NCBI GenBank assembly: GCA_025363435.1
Contig: JANYDY010000042.1
Location: forward strand, 5,323 to 69,322
Direction of reading: 5' to 3'
Length of the DNA: 64,000 nt
Source of the DNA: Betaproteobacteria bacterium
GTDB taxonomy: Bacteria; Pseudomonadota; Gammaproteobacteria; Burkholderiales; SG8-41
The translations under genes and the position numbers were made by a program. The notes beneath the pieces were generated by a model, which made no database searches, was not told the DNA's origin, and saw only the letters and a program-made list of their open reading frames with translations. This document shows, piece after piece, positions 39,363 through 49,091 of the stretch (positions are counted from its first letter, which is position 1; the number at the start of each line of letters is the position of its first letter).

Positions 39363-42281
39363 TTATGCCGCGTTGCTGATCTGGCACAGCGTGGTTTTGT
39401 TTTCCTGCATCATGGTGACGATGTCGTAACCATACGTGGTCGCAGTATTGACCGATTCGCCGCGCACTATGGGAGCTGAACCTTCGGGGTACTTGTCGAG
39501 CAGATCGCGGCCTTCGAACCAGCCGGCAAAATGGAACGGCAGAAACACGGTTCCCGGCGCCACGCGTTCGGTAATCTGCGTTTTAACCTTGAGACGCGCC
39601 TTGGTCGGCGTTTCAACCCATATGTACTGGTCGTTCCGCAAACCGCGGTCGTTGGCGTCTTTCGGATTAATTTCCGCAAACATTTCCTGCTGCAGTTCGG
39701 CAAGCCATGGGTTGGAACGCGTCTCGTCGCCACCGCCTTCATATTCGACCAGACGACCGCTGGTCATGATCAGCGGATACTGCTTGACCGCGTTTTTATT
39801 GGCCTGCTGCACCGTCTTGAACAGGACCGGCACGCGCCAGCGGCTCTTCTGGTCATCGTGCGTCGGGTACTTGTCGATCAGATCCGGGCGCGGACTGAAC
39901 AGCGGTTCACGGTGCAACGGCACCGCATCCGGAAAGTTCCACACCACGGCGCGCGCCTTGGCGTTGCCGAAAGGATGGCAGCCGTGTTTCATCACCACTC
40001 GTTGAATGCCGCCCGACAGATCGGTTTTCCAGTTCTTGCCTTCCGCGGCTTTTTTCTCGGCGTCGGTCAACTCATCCCACCAGCCTAGTTTTTTCACCAG
40101 CACGTGATCAAATTCCGGATAGCCGGTGGTCAGATCGGCGCCGACAGAATGCGAACCGTCTTCCGCCAGCAGGTTGACGCCATCCTTCTCGACGCCGAAA
40201 TTGGCGCGGAAGTTGCCGCCGCCGTCCATCACATGCCGCGTCGTGTCATATAGATTCGGCGAACCCGGGTGCTTGATTTCCGCCGTGCCGTAACACGGCC
40301 ACGGCAGCCCGAAATAATCGCCGTCGAGCACATAACCGGTTTTGGCGTCCTTGCCGCCTTTCGCCCGCAAGGTTTTCACATCGAACACGTGCATGTTGCG
40401 CATATGCGCCTGCAGCCGCTCCGGCGACTGACCGGTGTAACCGATAGTCCAGGCGCCGCGGTTGATTTCGCGCAACGTATCCTCGATGTCCGGTTCGTCC
40501 ATGCCACCCTTGCCTTTGACCAGCTTGATCTTGGCGACAAACTCTTTGGCGAAACCAAATTTTTCGGCGAGCTGATACATGATCATATGATCGGTGCGCG
40601 ACTCAAACATCGGTTCGATCACTTTTTCGCGCCATTGGATGGAACGATTGGACGCGGTCACCGAGCCTGTACATTCCAGCTGCGTCGCCGCCGGCAACAG
40701 GTAAACACCGTCCTGCCGTACTGATGCCGCCAGTGCTGCGGTTGCGGATGGATAAGGGTCGACGACCACCAGCAGTTCAAGTTTCTTCATCGCTTCGACC
40801 ATCTCTTTGCCGCGGGTCTGGCTGTTCGGCGCATGCCCCCAGAACACCACCGCGCGCAGATTCGAATCCTGATCGATGAGCTCATTTTTTTCGAGCACTG
40901 CGTCAATCCAGCGCGAAACGGCAAGGCCTGGTTTTTCCATCATCGCCTGCGATGCGAATTGACTCTTCACCCATTCGTAGTCGACGCCCCACACTGCGCA
41001 CCAGTGTTTCCACGAGCCGGCCGCAATGCCGTAATAACCGGGCAGCGAATCGGGATTCGGGCCGACGTCGGTTGCGCCTTGCACGTTATCGTGGCCGCGG
41101 TAAATATTGGTGCCACCACCCGCCACGCCGACATTACCAAGCGCGAGTTGAAGGATACAGCTGGCGCGCACGACAGCATTACCGTTCGTATGTTGTGTCT
41201 GCCCCATCGCCCACACGATCGTGCTGGGACGGTTCTTCGCCATCGTCTCGGCAACATCGCGGACTTCAGCTTCCTTCATGCCGGTAACTTCTTCGACCTT
41301 CTCCGGCGTCCATTTCGCGGCCTCATCCCTGATCTTGTCCATGCCATAAACACGGGCCTTGATGTAATCCTTGTCTTCCCAGCCGTTTTTGAAAATGTGA
41401 TGCAGCATGCCCATCAGGAATGCTACGTCGGTGCCGGAACGAATGCGGTAGTACTTGTCCGCCTTCGCCGCGGTACGGGTGAAACGCGGGTCGACGCAAA
41501 TGACTTTGGCGCCTTTTTCCTTGGCATGCAGCGTATGCAGCATTGACACAGGATGCGCTTCTGCAGCGTTGCTGCCGAAAAACAATATGCACTTCGAGTT
41601 CTGCTCGTCGTTGTAGGAGTTGGTCATCGCACCATAGCCCCAGGTGTTCGCCACCCCGGCCACTGTCGTCGAGTGGCAGATACGCGCCTGATGATCCATG
41701 TTGTTGGTGCCGAAAAACGACACGAACTTGCGAAACAGGAAAGCCTGCTCGTTGTTGTGTTTGCTCGATCCGATCCAGAATGTCGAATCAGGGCCGTTTG
41801 CCTTCTTGATTGCCAGCATTTTTTCGCTGACTTCCTTCAATGCTTCGTCCCAGCTGATCTTCTGCCATTTGCCGCCGACCAGCTTCATCGGATATTTGAG
41901 ACGGTGTTCGCCATGGCCGTGTTCGCGGATCGCCGCGCCCTTGGCGCAGTGCGCACCGAGATTAATCGGCGAATCGAATACCGGTTCCTGGCGGATCCAG
42001 ACGCCGTTTTTTACCACCGCGTCGATCGCGCAGCCAACCGAGCAGTGTGTGCATACGGTGCGTTTGGTTTCGGTCTTGCCGTCGCCTTTTGCATCGGCGG
42101 CGCGTGCTTTGCCTATCATCGAGAACGGCAACTGGCTCACCGCAGCGCCGGCGCCGACACCGAGCCCGGAGCGCTTAAGGAAAGTGCGCCGGTCGATGGT
42201 GCGTCCCAGATGGGCCGAGACGTTGCGGCTCAAACGGCTGCTGTTTGCGCCTGCGCTTCCTGTTTTTCGGGTCAGTGACAT
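39363..42281 (-). CDS. formate dehydrogenase alpha subunit, periplasmic molybdopterin enzyme, Cys-type
   Basis: Tat signal RTIDRRTFLKRSG, N-terminal FeS motif CTHCSVGCAIDA...C and 972 aa. The active-site region HQARICHSTTV has Cys where E. coli enzymes have Sec. Confidence 0.93.
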   Translation of the reverse strand: MSLTRKTGSAGANSSRLSRNVSAHLGRTIDRRTFLKRSGLGVGAGAAVSQLPFSMIGKARAADAKGDGKTETKRTVCTHCSVGCAIDAVVKNGVWIRQEPVFDSPINLGAHCAKGAAIREHGHGEHRLKYPMKLVGGKWQKISWDEALKEVSEKMLAIKKANGPDSTFWIGSSKHNNEQAFLFRKFVSFFGTNNMDHQARICHSTTVAGVANTWGYGAMTNSYNDEQNSKCILFFGSNAAEAHPVSMLHTLHAKEKGAKVICVDPRFTRTAAKADKYYRIRSGTDVAFLMGMLHHIFKNGWEDKDYIKARVYGMDKIRDEAAKWTPEKVEEVTGMKEAEVRDVAETMAKNRPSTIVWAMGQTQHTNGNAVVRASCILQLALGNVGVAGGGTNIYRGHDNVQGATDVGPNPDSLPGYYGIAAGSWKHWCAVWGVDYEWVKSQFASQAMMEKPGLAVSRWIDAVLEKNELIDQDSNLRAVVFWGHAPNSQTRGKEMVEAMKKLELLVVVDPYPSATAALAASVRQDGVYLLPAATQLECTGSVTASNRSIQWREKVIEPMFESRTDHMIMYQLAEKFGFAKEFVAKIKLVKGKGGMDEPDIEDTLREINRGAWTIGYTGQSPERLQAHMRNMHVFDVKTLRAKGGKDAKTGYVLDGDYFGLPWPCYGTAEIKHPGSPNLYDTTRHVMDGGGNFRANFGVEKDGVNLLAEDGSHSVGADLTTGYPEFDHVLVKKLGWWDELTDAEKKAAEGKNWKTDLSGGIQRVVMKHGCHPFGNAKARAVVWNFPDAVPLHREPLFSPRPDLIDKYPTHDDQKSRWRVPVLFKTVQQANKNAVKQYPLIMTSGRLVEYEGGGDETRSNPWLAELQQEMFAEINPKDANDRGLRNDQYIWVETPTKARLKVKTQITERVAPGTVFLPFHFAGWFEGRDLLDKYPEGSAPIVRGESVNTATTYGYDIVTMMQENKTTLCQISNAA

Positions 42282-42296
42282 GGCGGCGGCTCCTGC

Positions 42297-42494
42297 TTAA
42301 ATTTTGGCGGTACGGTAATAGTTGCGTACATGCTCAGTGAGTTGATAACCCTTGCCCTGCGTCGCGCCGGCGCTAACCGCTGCCGGTTCGGCGTTCCCGC
42401 CGGCCTGCTTGAGCACAACCGCTGCCGCCGCTGCACCGCCGACGCCTAGGGTGGCAAGAAATTTTCTGCGACGGGAAAGCAGTTTCGTCGTCAT
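42297..42494 (-). CDS. small Tat-signal protein of the formate-dehydrogenase-region family
   Basis: 65 aa. Twin-arginine SRRRKFLATLG and a C-terminal YQLTEHVRNYY motif, as described for the 'formate dehydrogenase region TAT target' family (TIGR02811, from memory). Confidence 0.7.
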   Translation of the reverse strand: MTTKLLSRRRKFLATLGVGGAAAAAVVLKQAGGNAEPAAVSAGATQGKGYQLTEHVRNYYRTAKI

Positions 42495-42512
42495 ATTCGG
42501 GCGCTCCTCGAT

Positions 42513-43151
42513 CTAGGCAATTTCGAAAGATTCATACTCAATGGCGAAAAACGCGCGCGCGAATTGAGCAACGCGTTTGTAAAAACCGGTTTGGCTGGCG
42601 CCGTCGACGGCATCGCAGAGTTGCGTCTGCCAGCTATTGATGTGGCGCAGAAAGAAATCGCGCTGCGCGGCAAGCGCAGCAGGCGGCGTGTCATGATCGC
42701 CGTGAATCAACAAGCGCATCACATCGCACAAAGCAGAAATATGATCCTCCGTTTCATGACTGCTGCCGCTTCGCGCCAGACCCATCTGTGTGAGTTCTTC
42801 GCGCAATTGCGCGAGCGGCTTTTCGTGCAGAAATCCTGTCAGGTAAAACGAGCCATACAACATAACCGCCTGGCGCCCGGTGCCGATAAATGCAGCGTCG
42901 TACTCGTCCTTGACTGCTGCAACATCGGTACTAACCGCAGCATGCTGCAACGCGCGCCATGCCCTGCAAAAATCTGAATCTGATACATCATTGCACAGCG
43001 TTTCATTGGCTGCAATAGCCTGCAACAACTCTTTTGAAGGCGGTTGATAAAACAAATTGCCGAGTAAAGCGTAAACGTCAGCCCTTGCGCCGTCTTCCGG
43101 CGACAATTGTTCGCTCCCGGGTATTTCATTGTGCGGCGCATCAATTGTCAT
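42513..43151 (-). CDS. TorD/DmsD-family redox-enzyme maturation chaperone
   Basis: About 212 aa with ...DVYALLGNLFYQPPSKELL..., a TorD-like helical protein directly upstream of the Tat substrates. ATG 43151 (TTG 43154 alternative). Confidence 0.7.
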   Translation of the reverse strand: MTIDAPHNEIPGSEQLSPEDGARADVYALLGNLFYQPPSKELLQAIAANETLCNDVSDSDFCRAWRALQHAAVSTDVAAVKDEYDAAFIGTGRQAVMLYGSFYLTGFLHEKPLAQLREELTQMGLARSGSSHETEDHISALCDVMRLLIHGDHDTPPAALAAQRDFFLRHINSWQTQLCDAVDGASQTGFYKRVAQFARAFFAIEYESFEIA

Positions 43152-45232
43152 CAATGGTCCAATATCGACCCGTGGCTGGCATTCCGCATCAGGTCAACGA
43201 CTCTGCAGTCGGAACACATTTTCAGGCGCTCAAGCGCGCCCGCCTCGGCAAACATCGAATGCGCGGTCAGCTTTCCCAGCATGTTGTCGATCATCTGTTT
43301 GGTCGCAAACGGCTTGCCGCATTTGATGCAGGCGAATATTTCCGCTTCATGCAGCACGACTTGCGACTGGGCCTGTTTGTTCAGCAACAGGCGCGGCGTG
43401 AGGCTGATCGCGTTCTCCGGGCAGGTTTTTTCGCACAAGCCGCATTGCACGCAATTGGATTCAATAAATCTGAGCTGCGGTCGCTCCTGAGAGTCGAGCA
43501 ACGCGCCCTCGGGGCAGGCGCCGACACAGGACATGCATAGCGTACAGGTCTGCTTGTTGACCTCGACCTTGCCGTACGGCGCCCCCGCCGCCAGCGCGAT
43601 CTCATCCTGCGGCTGCGGCGCATGCTTGAGCAAATGCGCGAGGGCGAAATTAAGCGTCGTGCGCTTTTCGTTTGACCAGTTGAACGTCGCCACGGCCGGC
43701 GCCTTACGTACGGGACGCGCAGCCCAAACCGCCGCTTCGAGCGCAGCAAGGTCCGGCGCTTCGATCAATTGTAAATGGCCCTTGCCATAACCGAGCGCAG
43801 TCAAAATCTCCTGGGCGTAACCCATCTGGCGCCTCAACGAGTCCAGATACTCCGGCGCCTCGCCACCAGCACTGACAACCGCAACGCCCGCAGCGCCGTA
43901 GGCGATTGCGCCGAGCATGCTATCGATGCCCAGCGAAGCAATATGAAAAACTTCATGCGGAATAACGTTTGCCGGCAGCCCGCGGCCGCGCCGCCCCAGC
44001 TTTGCCAGCAGCTCGCGGCCGTTGCTCGCGTTATGCAACAACAAAGACGCGTCTTTGCCGCCGGCCTGATGGAAGGTCGAAAGCAGCTTCCTGACGCGCA
44101 ATCCCGCATCGGCCACCCGCGGATAGGCATAACTCATGGCGCCCGAAGGGCAAACGCTGGCGCAAGCACCGCAGCCCATGCACAAATGTGGCTCGACCTT
44201 GACGTGCTCGCCATCGGCGCTGATTGCGGCCGTCGAACAAATATCAATGCACTTGTTGCAACCGGTAATTTCTGCGCGGCTGTGGGCGCAGATTTTTTCC
44301 CGGTAGGCAAAATACTTCGGTTTTTCGAATTCACCCGTCATCTGCGTCAGCATGCGCGCGGCCTCGGCCTGCGCCAGCGGGTCGCGGCCGGGTGCAAAAT
44401 AACCCTGCGGCGGCTGATGCATTCTGAACAGCGGCGTCGCACCGAGATCCAGCACCAGGTCATAACGTTCATTGCGGAGCGCCTCGCCGCGCTCAAAATC
44501 GATTGCGCGCACCTCGCCGCAAGCCTTGACGCACGACCGGTGGGCCTTGCATTTATCGAGATCGACCTGGTAGCTGTAATCAATCGCGTGCTCAGGACAG
44601 GCCGTGATGCAGGCATTGCAGCGCGTGCAGGTATCGAGATCGATCGGATTCACCTGTTCCCAGGCGGCTTCGAACGCGCCCAGATAACCGCTCAACGATT
44701 GCGGCTTGCCGCTGGACACTGCATAGCGGCGCTCCGCCGGCAATTCGCAAGCAGTGCTGTCGGTAATCAGCACATGCACACCGAATTGGTCGGCAAGCTG
44801 CTCAGCCCATGCAATCGCCGCGCCGCCCGGCCCGGTAATCAACAGCTCGCCGCCTGATTTGTAGGTAACGACCGCTACCGGCTCCAGATCCGGCAGTTGC
44901 GCCGCGGCAATCAATGCGGCGATTTTGGGCATCGCCTGTGGCGCTTGCGCGGACCAGCCGGCGGTTTCGCGGATATTGACGAAGCGCAGGTCGCCCGCGG
45001 CTTTGAACTCCTCATGCAGTTCGCGGAATAACGGCGCTTCCTGCGTGCAGGCAACGAGCAGATCGTCGCCGCTTTTGGCCGCCGCTTCGAACGCAGCGAC
45101 ATGGCGCCGGCACAACTCGCTGTTGATGTCGGGCGCCGCTTCAAGACCGAGCGCCGCGCCCACTGCCTTGGCGTCGAGCGGCATGGTTTTATTGCAATTA
45201 CACAGCAGCAACTTGTGACGTGGCAATGTCAT
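43151..45232 (-). CDS. large polyferredoxin (multiple 4Fe-4S dicluster domains)
   Basis: 693 aa with at least six CxxCxxCxxxCP-type motifs (CTRCNACITACP, CNKCIDICS, CMGCGACASVCP, CTLCMSCVGACP, CVQCGLCEKTCP...) and a C-terminal CxxC...CxxC. Confidence 0.85.
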   Translation of the reverse strand: MTLPRHKLLLCNCNKTMPLDAKAVGAALGLEAAPDINSELCRRHVAAFEAAAKSGDDLLVACTQEAPLFRELHEEFKAAGDLRFVNIRETAGWSAQAPQAMPKIAALIAAAQLPDLEPVAVVTYKSGGELLITGPGGAAIAWAEQLADQFGVHVLITDSTACELPAERRYAVSSGKPQSLSGYLGAFEAAWEQVNPIDLDTCTRCNACITACPEHAIDYSYQVDLDKCKAHRSCVKACGEVRAIDFERGEALRNERYDLVLDLGATPLFRMHQPPQGYFAPGRDPLAQAEAARMLTQMTGEFEKPKYFAYREKICAHSRAEITGCNKCIDICSTAAISADGEHVKVEPHLCMGCGACASVCPSGAMSYAYPRVADAGLRVRKLLSTFHQAGGKDASLLLHNASNGRELLAKLGRRGRGLPANVIPHEVFHIASLGIDSMLGAIAYGAAGVAVVSAGGEAPEYLDSLRRQMGYAQEILTALGYGKGHLQLIEAPDLAALEAAVWAARPVRKAPAVATFNWSNEKRTTLNFALAHLLKHAPQPQDEIALAAGAPYGKVEVNKQTCTLCMSCVGACPEGALLDSQERPQLRFIESNCVQCGLCEKTCPENAISLTPRLLLNKQAQSQVVLHEAEIFACIKCGKPFATKQMIDNMLGKLTAHSMFAEAGALERLKMCSDCRVVDLMRNASHGSILDH

Positions 45233-45276
45233 TGGGTACGCCTGTAGCTGAAACCGCGGTTAATCGATCGCGCAAC

Positions 45277-45867
45277 TTACTTGTCGCGGCCCTGCCCGGA
45301 CTTCTGTTCAGTTGCCGTTTGATGAGGTACAGCAGGCTGCTCGACGTGCTCTGCTTGCTCTGCGTGCGCTGTTTGCGCAACCACTGGCGGACTTTGCGGA
45401 TTTGCCGCCAACTCTGCCTGAGCAGGCAGCGACGCCGCCGCATTCTCAGCAGCTTCAGCCGCGCGGTTCGCGTCAGTCTCCTCCTGCGTTTCCGTCGCCC
45501 AGGCGATTATTTTCTGCGCGTGTTTGAGTTGCGCCAGCATTTCGGGCGGTAAGGGGTCTGAGATAGAATAGTCATCGATATAAGTATCGAGCCCGTCCAT
45601 GACGTTGAAATGCGGATCGCTGAATAGTTTTTTCAGCGCCATGCGCCGCAGATTTACATCCGCCTTGGGATGAAAAAAGCCGCGAAAATCCGATTCAATA
45701 GTAAGTTCCTCAATTGACGGCAAAACCAGCGGCGGTGCGTCCGGATCGATGGCCGGCAGTTGCTGGTCGTTGGCATCGGCGGCGGGTTGCTCCCGCAACT
45801 CTTTTTTGACCCGCGACCAGCGCGACAGAAACGCCTCGCTGCGGAATTTATCCGGCTCGTCACTCAT
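45277..45867 (-). CDS. DUF3306-like protein
   Basis: ATG 45867 (MSDEPDKFRSEAFLSRWSRVK...). The conserved N-terminal half is followed by a low-complexity Ala/Gln/Glu tail. The upstream 79 codons of the ORF track are rejected. Confidence 0.65.
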   Translation of the reverse strand: MSDEPDKFRSEAFLSRWSRVKKELREQPAADANDQQLPAIDPDAPPLVLPSIEELTIESDFRGFFHPKADVNLRRMALKKLFSDPHFNVMDGLDTYIDDYSISDPLPPEMLAQLKHAQKIIAWATETQEETDANRAAEAAENAAASLPAQAELAANPQSPPVVAQTAHAEQAEHVEQPAVPHQTATEQKSGQGRDK

Positions 45868-45871
45868 GGCT

Positions 45872-46375
45872 CTATTCAGTCCTGCCCATGCGGCCTTTGT
45901 CCCTGCTGCTGGCGTACTTCTTCGGTTTTCTCGGTTCGGGTTTGTAATGCAAGTCCACAAACTCCCCCACCCACGGCAGTAATTCCACCGGCAACGGCAC
46001 GCCGTCAACGCTTTCACCGCTATCGGCCCAGCGCGTGCCTTCGTTATAGCTGACCGTAACAAACTCCGGTCGCACCCGTTCGTCGTGCACGCGCCAAAGC
46101 ACAAATACCTTGGGCTCGGGTGATGTCAGATTGAGGTAGTAACCCTCGGCCTCTTCGCGCGTCAACTTGAGCCCCAACCCCGGAAACAGCACTTGCATCT
46201 GCTGCTCATCGCGCACCATAACGCTTTCACCGGAGCCCGCTGGAAAAATATCGCGTATGACCCCCCTTGCCTGCCAGCGAAACGGCTGCCACCGGTTATT
46301 CACCTGCATGACGCGCTCCATGATGACTGCAATCGGGTAAAATGCCGCCGTGATATCGTCGGTTCTCGTTGTCAT
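45872..46375 (-). CDS. DUF3305-like protein
   Basis: ATG 46375 (MTTRTDDITAAFYPIAVIMER...). Gene order DUF3305-DUF3306-polyferredoxin matches my recollection of conserved FDH neighbourhoods. Confidence 0.65.
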   Translation of the reverse strand: MTTRTDDITAAFYPIAVIMERVMQVNNRWQPFRWQARGVIRDIFPAGSGESVMVRDEQQMQVLFPGLGLKLTREEAEGYYLNLTSPEPKVFVLWRVHDERVRPEFVTVSYNEGTRWADSGESVDGVPLPVELLPWVGEFVDLHYKPEPRKPKKYASSRDKGRMGRTE

Positions 46376-46536
46376 GGGATGATTCTGCCCGAGCAAAACT
46401 GATAGTTCAATCGGAATCACAAATCAAATACCTGATTTATAAGTAATGTCTTCCTTGCCGTGAGGCAAGCACCTTTATCATAATTGCCATCCGCTGCGGC
46501 TGTGCAGCGCAGCAATGGCACGAGGCGAAGATTTTT

Positions 46537-47577
46537 TTGAACGACCCGGCACACAAGTCTGTAGCAAGCGGCCCCCTGGTCAGCGACCAGCTCGGCAGGC
46601 CCTTGCGCGACCTGCGCATCTCGGTGACCGACCGCTGCAATTTTCGCTGCGTTTACTGCATGCCGAAGGAAGTGTTCGGCAAGGACTACCAGTTCCTCGA
46701 ACATCGCGAACTGCTGTCGTTCGAGGAAATTACACGGCTGGCGCGCGTCTTTGCACAGCACGGCATCGAAAAAATCCGCCTGACCGGCGGCGAGCCGCTG
46801 ATCCGCCGCAAGATCGAAAACCTGATCGAAGTGCTGGCGGCCATACCCGGCCTCGATCTCACGCTGACTACCAACGGCTCGCTGCTGGCGAAAAAAGCGC
46901 AGGCATTGAAAGCGGCGGGCCTCAAACGCATCACCGTCAGCCTTGATTCGCTCGACGACGCAGTATTCATGAAAATGAATGATGTCGATTTCCCGGTTGC
47001 GCGCGTGCTCGAAGGCATAGACGCCGCCGCTGCGGCCGGTCTCGCGCCGGTCAAGATCAACATGGTGGTCAAACGCGGCGTCAACGACCAGTCGATTACC
47101 GCAATGGCGCGGCATTTTCGCGGCAGCGGACATATCCTGCGCTTTATTGAATACATGGATGTCGGCCACACCAACGGCTGGCGTATGGATGACGTAGTTA
47201 CCGCGCGCGAAATCATCGACATGATCTCCGCCGAAGCGCCGCTCACACCTGCCGACCCGCACTACCGCGGCGAAGTCGCGCAGCGCTGGCGCTATCTCGA
47301 CGGCAGCGGCGAAATCGGCGTGATTGCTTCGGTAACGCAGGCCTTCTGCCGCGATTGCACGCGCGCGCGCCTCTCAACCGAAGGCAAGCTGTTTACCTGC
47401 CTGTTTGCCACTGAAGGCCACGATTTCAAATCGCTGCTGCGTAGCGGCGCTGATGACGCAGCGATATCGCAACAGATCACGCGTGTCTGGCGCGCGCGCA
47501 ACGACCGCTATTCAGAAATCCGCACCGCGGCGACGGTCAAGCTCAATAAAGTCGAAATGTCATATATCGGCGGATGA
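46537..47577 (+). CDS. moaA: GTP 3',8-cyclase MoaA (radical SAM)
   Basis: [18 protein letters not shown] radical-SAM motif and C-terminal [21 protein letters not shown] second-cluster motif. TTG start at 46537 with GAGG upstream. Confidence 0.9.
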   Translation: MNDPAHKSVASGPLVSDQLGRPLRDLRISVTDRCNFRCVYCMPKEVFGKDYQFLEHRELLSFEEITRLARVFAQHGIEKIRLTGGEPLIRRKIENLIEVLAAIPGLDLTLTTNGSLLAKKAQALKAAGLKRITVSLDSLDDAVFMKMNDVDFPVARVLEGIDAAAAAGLAPVKINMVVKRGVNDQSITAMARHFRGSGHILRFIEYMDVGHTNGWRMDDVVTAREIIDMISAEAPLTPADPHYRGEVAQRWRYLDGSGEIGVIASVTQAFCRDCTRARLSTEGKLFTCLFATEGHDFKSLLRSGADDAAISQQITRVWRARNDRYSEIRTAATVKLNKVEMSYIGG

Positions 47578-47645
47578 TTGCAGCAGGATTCAGCAAACCT
47601 GATACCGCTCACTACAAGCATCGTCACTAAATCCTGAATCCTGAA

Positions 47646-48452
47646 ATGCCCTACCGCCCCCGACTCTCCAACGCCCAATGCGCGCCGACCTTTACGGTCG
47701 AAGCGCGCGACGAGCATGGCGTCGCCGTGCCGACGTCAATTGCGACGGAACGCCCGCTGACAATCTACGTTGATAAACGCGAGATCGTTACGCTGATGAC
47801 ATTGGGCGCCGCACCCGAAGCATTGGCGATCGGTTATCTGCGCAATCAGCGCCTCGTCGATAACATTGAGGAAATCGTCGCGGTGCAGGTCGATTGGGAA
47901 GTCGGCGCGGTGGCGGTCACCACACGCAATGGCCTCGCCGACCTCGACGGCCGCATGCAGAAACGCACCGTGACCACCGGCTGCGGTCAGGGCACGGTGT
48001 TCGGCGCACTGATGGATGACATCGAAAACATCCACCTGCGCGACGACGTTAGGCTCAGCGAAGCCACCTATTATCAGTTGATCGACAACGTGCGTCGTTA
48101 CGACACAATCTATAAAGCCGCCGGCGCCGTACACGGCTGTGCACTCGCGCATGGTTCCGAAATTCTGATGTTCGTCGAAGATGTCGGCCGCCATAACGCG
48201 GTCGATGCGATCGCCGGCCGCATGTGGCTGGACGCGATCGACGGCAGCGACAAGGTGTTCTACACCACCGGCCGCCTGACCTCGGAAATGGTCATCAAGT
48301 GCGCGCAGATGCAGATTCCGATTCTGGTTTCGCGCTCCGGCCTCACGCAAATGGGCTACGACATCGCGACAAAAACCGGCATTACCATGATAGGCCGCGC
48401 CACCGGCAAACACTATTTACTGTTCACCGGCGCGCATCGCTTCGTGAAATAA
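47646..48452 (+). CDS. fdhD: formate dehydrogenase accessory sulfurtransferase FdhD
   Basis: 268 aa with TTGCGQG..., EDVGRHNAVD and SGRLTSEMVIK motifs. Confidence 0.9.
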   Translation: MPYRPRLSNAQCAPTFTVEARDEHGVAVPTSIATERPLTIYVDKREIVTLMTLGAAPEALAIGYLRNQRLVDNIEEIVAVQVDWEVGAVAVTTRNGLADLDGRMQKRTVTTGCGQGTVFGALMDDIENIHLRDDVRLSEATYYQLIDNVRRYDTIYKAAGAVHGCALAHGSEILMFVEDVGRHNAVDAIAGRMWLDAIDGSDKVFYTTGRLTSEMVIKCAQMQIPILVSRSGLTQMGYDIATKTGITMIGRATGKHYLLFTGAHRFVK

Positions 48453-48458
48453 AAATCC

Positions 48459-49070
48459 GTGAATGCGCCGACAAAAACAACTGCAGCTATAACCGGTGTT
48501 GTACTCGCCGGCGGTCTTGGCCGCCGTATGGGCGGCGTAGACAAGGGATTACGCGAATTGCACGGCAAACCGATGGCGGCAGCCGTCATCGCGCGCTTCG
48601 CGCCGCAGGTCGATGAATTGCTGATCAATGCCAATCAAAACGCGGAGATCTATGCACAGTTCGGCTACCGCGTCATTCCCGACATGATCGGCGGTTACGC
48701 CGGCCCGCTCGCCGGACTGCACGCTGCGCTCGCATCGGCCACGCATGAACTGGTCGCCACTGCGCCCTGCGATTCGCCCTTCCTGCCGCTTGATGTGGTG
48801 GCGCGTCTCTACACCGCGATGAAAACCAGTGACGCTCAGCTCACCGTTGCAAAAACGGGCGATCAGCCGCATCCGGTCTTCTGCCTGTGTCGCCGCGATG
48901 TGCTGCCGCATCTCGAGCAGTTTCTCGCTGCGGGCGGTCGCAAGATCGACGCCTGGTATGCAACGCTGAAGGTCGTTGAAGTGGCCTTCGATAATGTCGC
49001 CGATGCCTTCAGCAACATCAATTCGCCGCAGGAACTGGCGGCCTTCGAAAAGAGCCCGCCTGCCGGCTGA
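48459..49070 (+). CDS. mobA: molybdenum cofactor guanylyltransferase MobA
   Basis: ITGVVLAGGLGRRMGGVDKGL N-terminal nucleotide-binding motif. Confidence 0.9.
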   Translation: MNAPTKTTAAITGVVLAGGLGRRMGGVDKGLRELHGKPMAAAVIARFAPQVDELLINANQNAEIYAQFGYRVIPDMIGGYAGPLAGLHAALASATHELVATAPCDSPFLPLDVVARLYTAMKTSDAQLTVAKTGDQPHPVFCLCRRDVLPHLEQFLAAGGRKIDAWYATLKVVEVAFDNVADAFSNINSPQELAAFEKSPPAG

Positions 49071-49091
49071 TACCCCGCAACGCTAAGGCGT

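Noticed and set aside
39363-42281. Selenocysteine in the formate dehydrogenase alpha subunit
   Set aside because: The ORF is uninterrupted and the active-site column reads ...ARICHSTTV..., with Cys encoded directly. No in-frame TGA is present.
43775-44857. 360-aa + strand ORF
   Set aside because: Antisense to the polyferredoxin gene, whose repeated CxxCxxCxxxCP motifs fix the true frame.
46401-46415. FNR/ANR box (TTGAT-N4-ATCAA) upstream of the FDH accessory operon
   Set aside because: The sequence CTGATAGTTCAATC has the wrong right half-site, so it is not a palindromic FNR site.
46417-47262. 281-aa minus-strand ORF
   Set aside because: Antisense to moaA, whose radical-SAM motifs are unambiguous.
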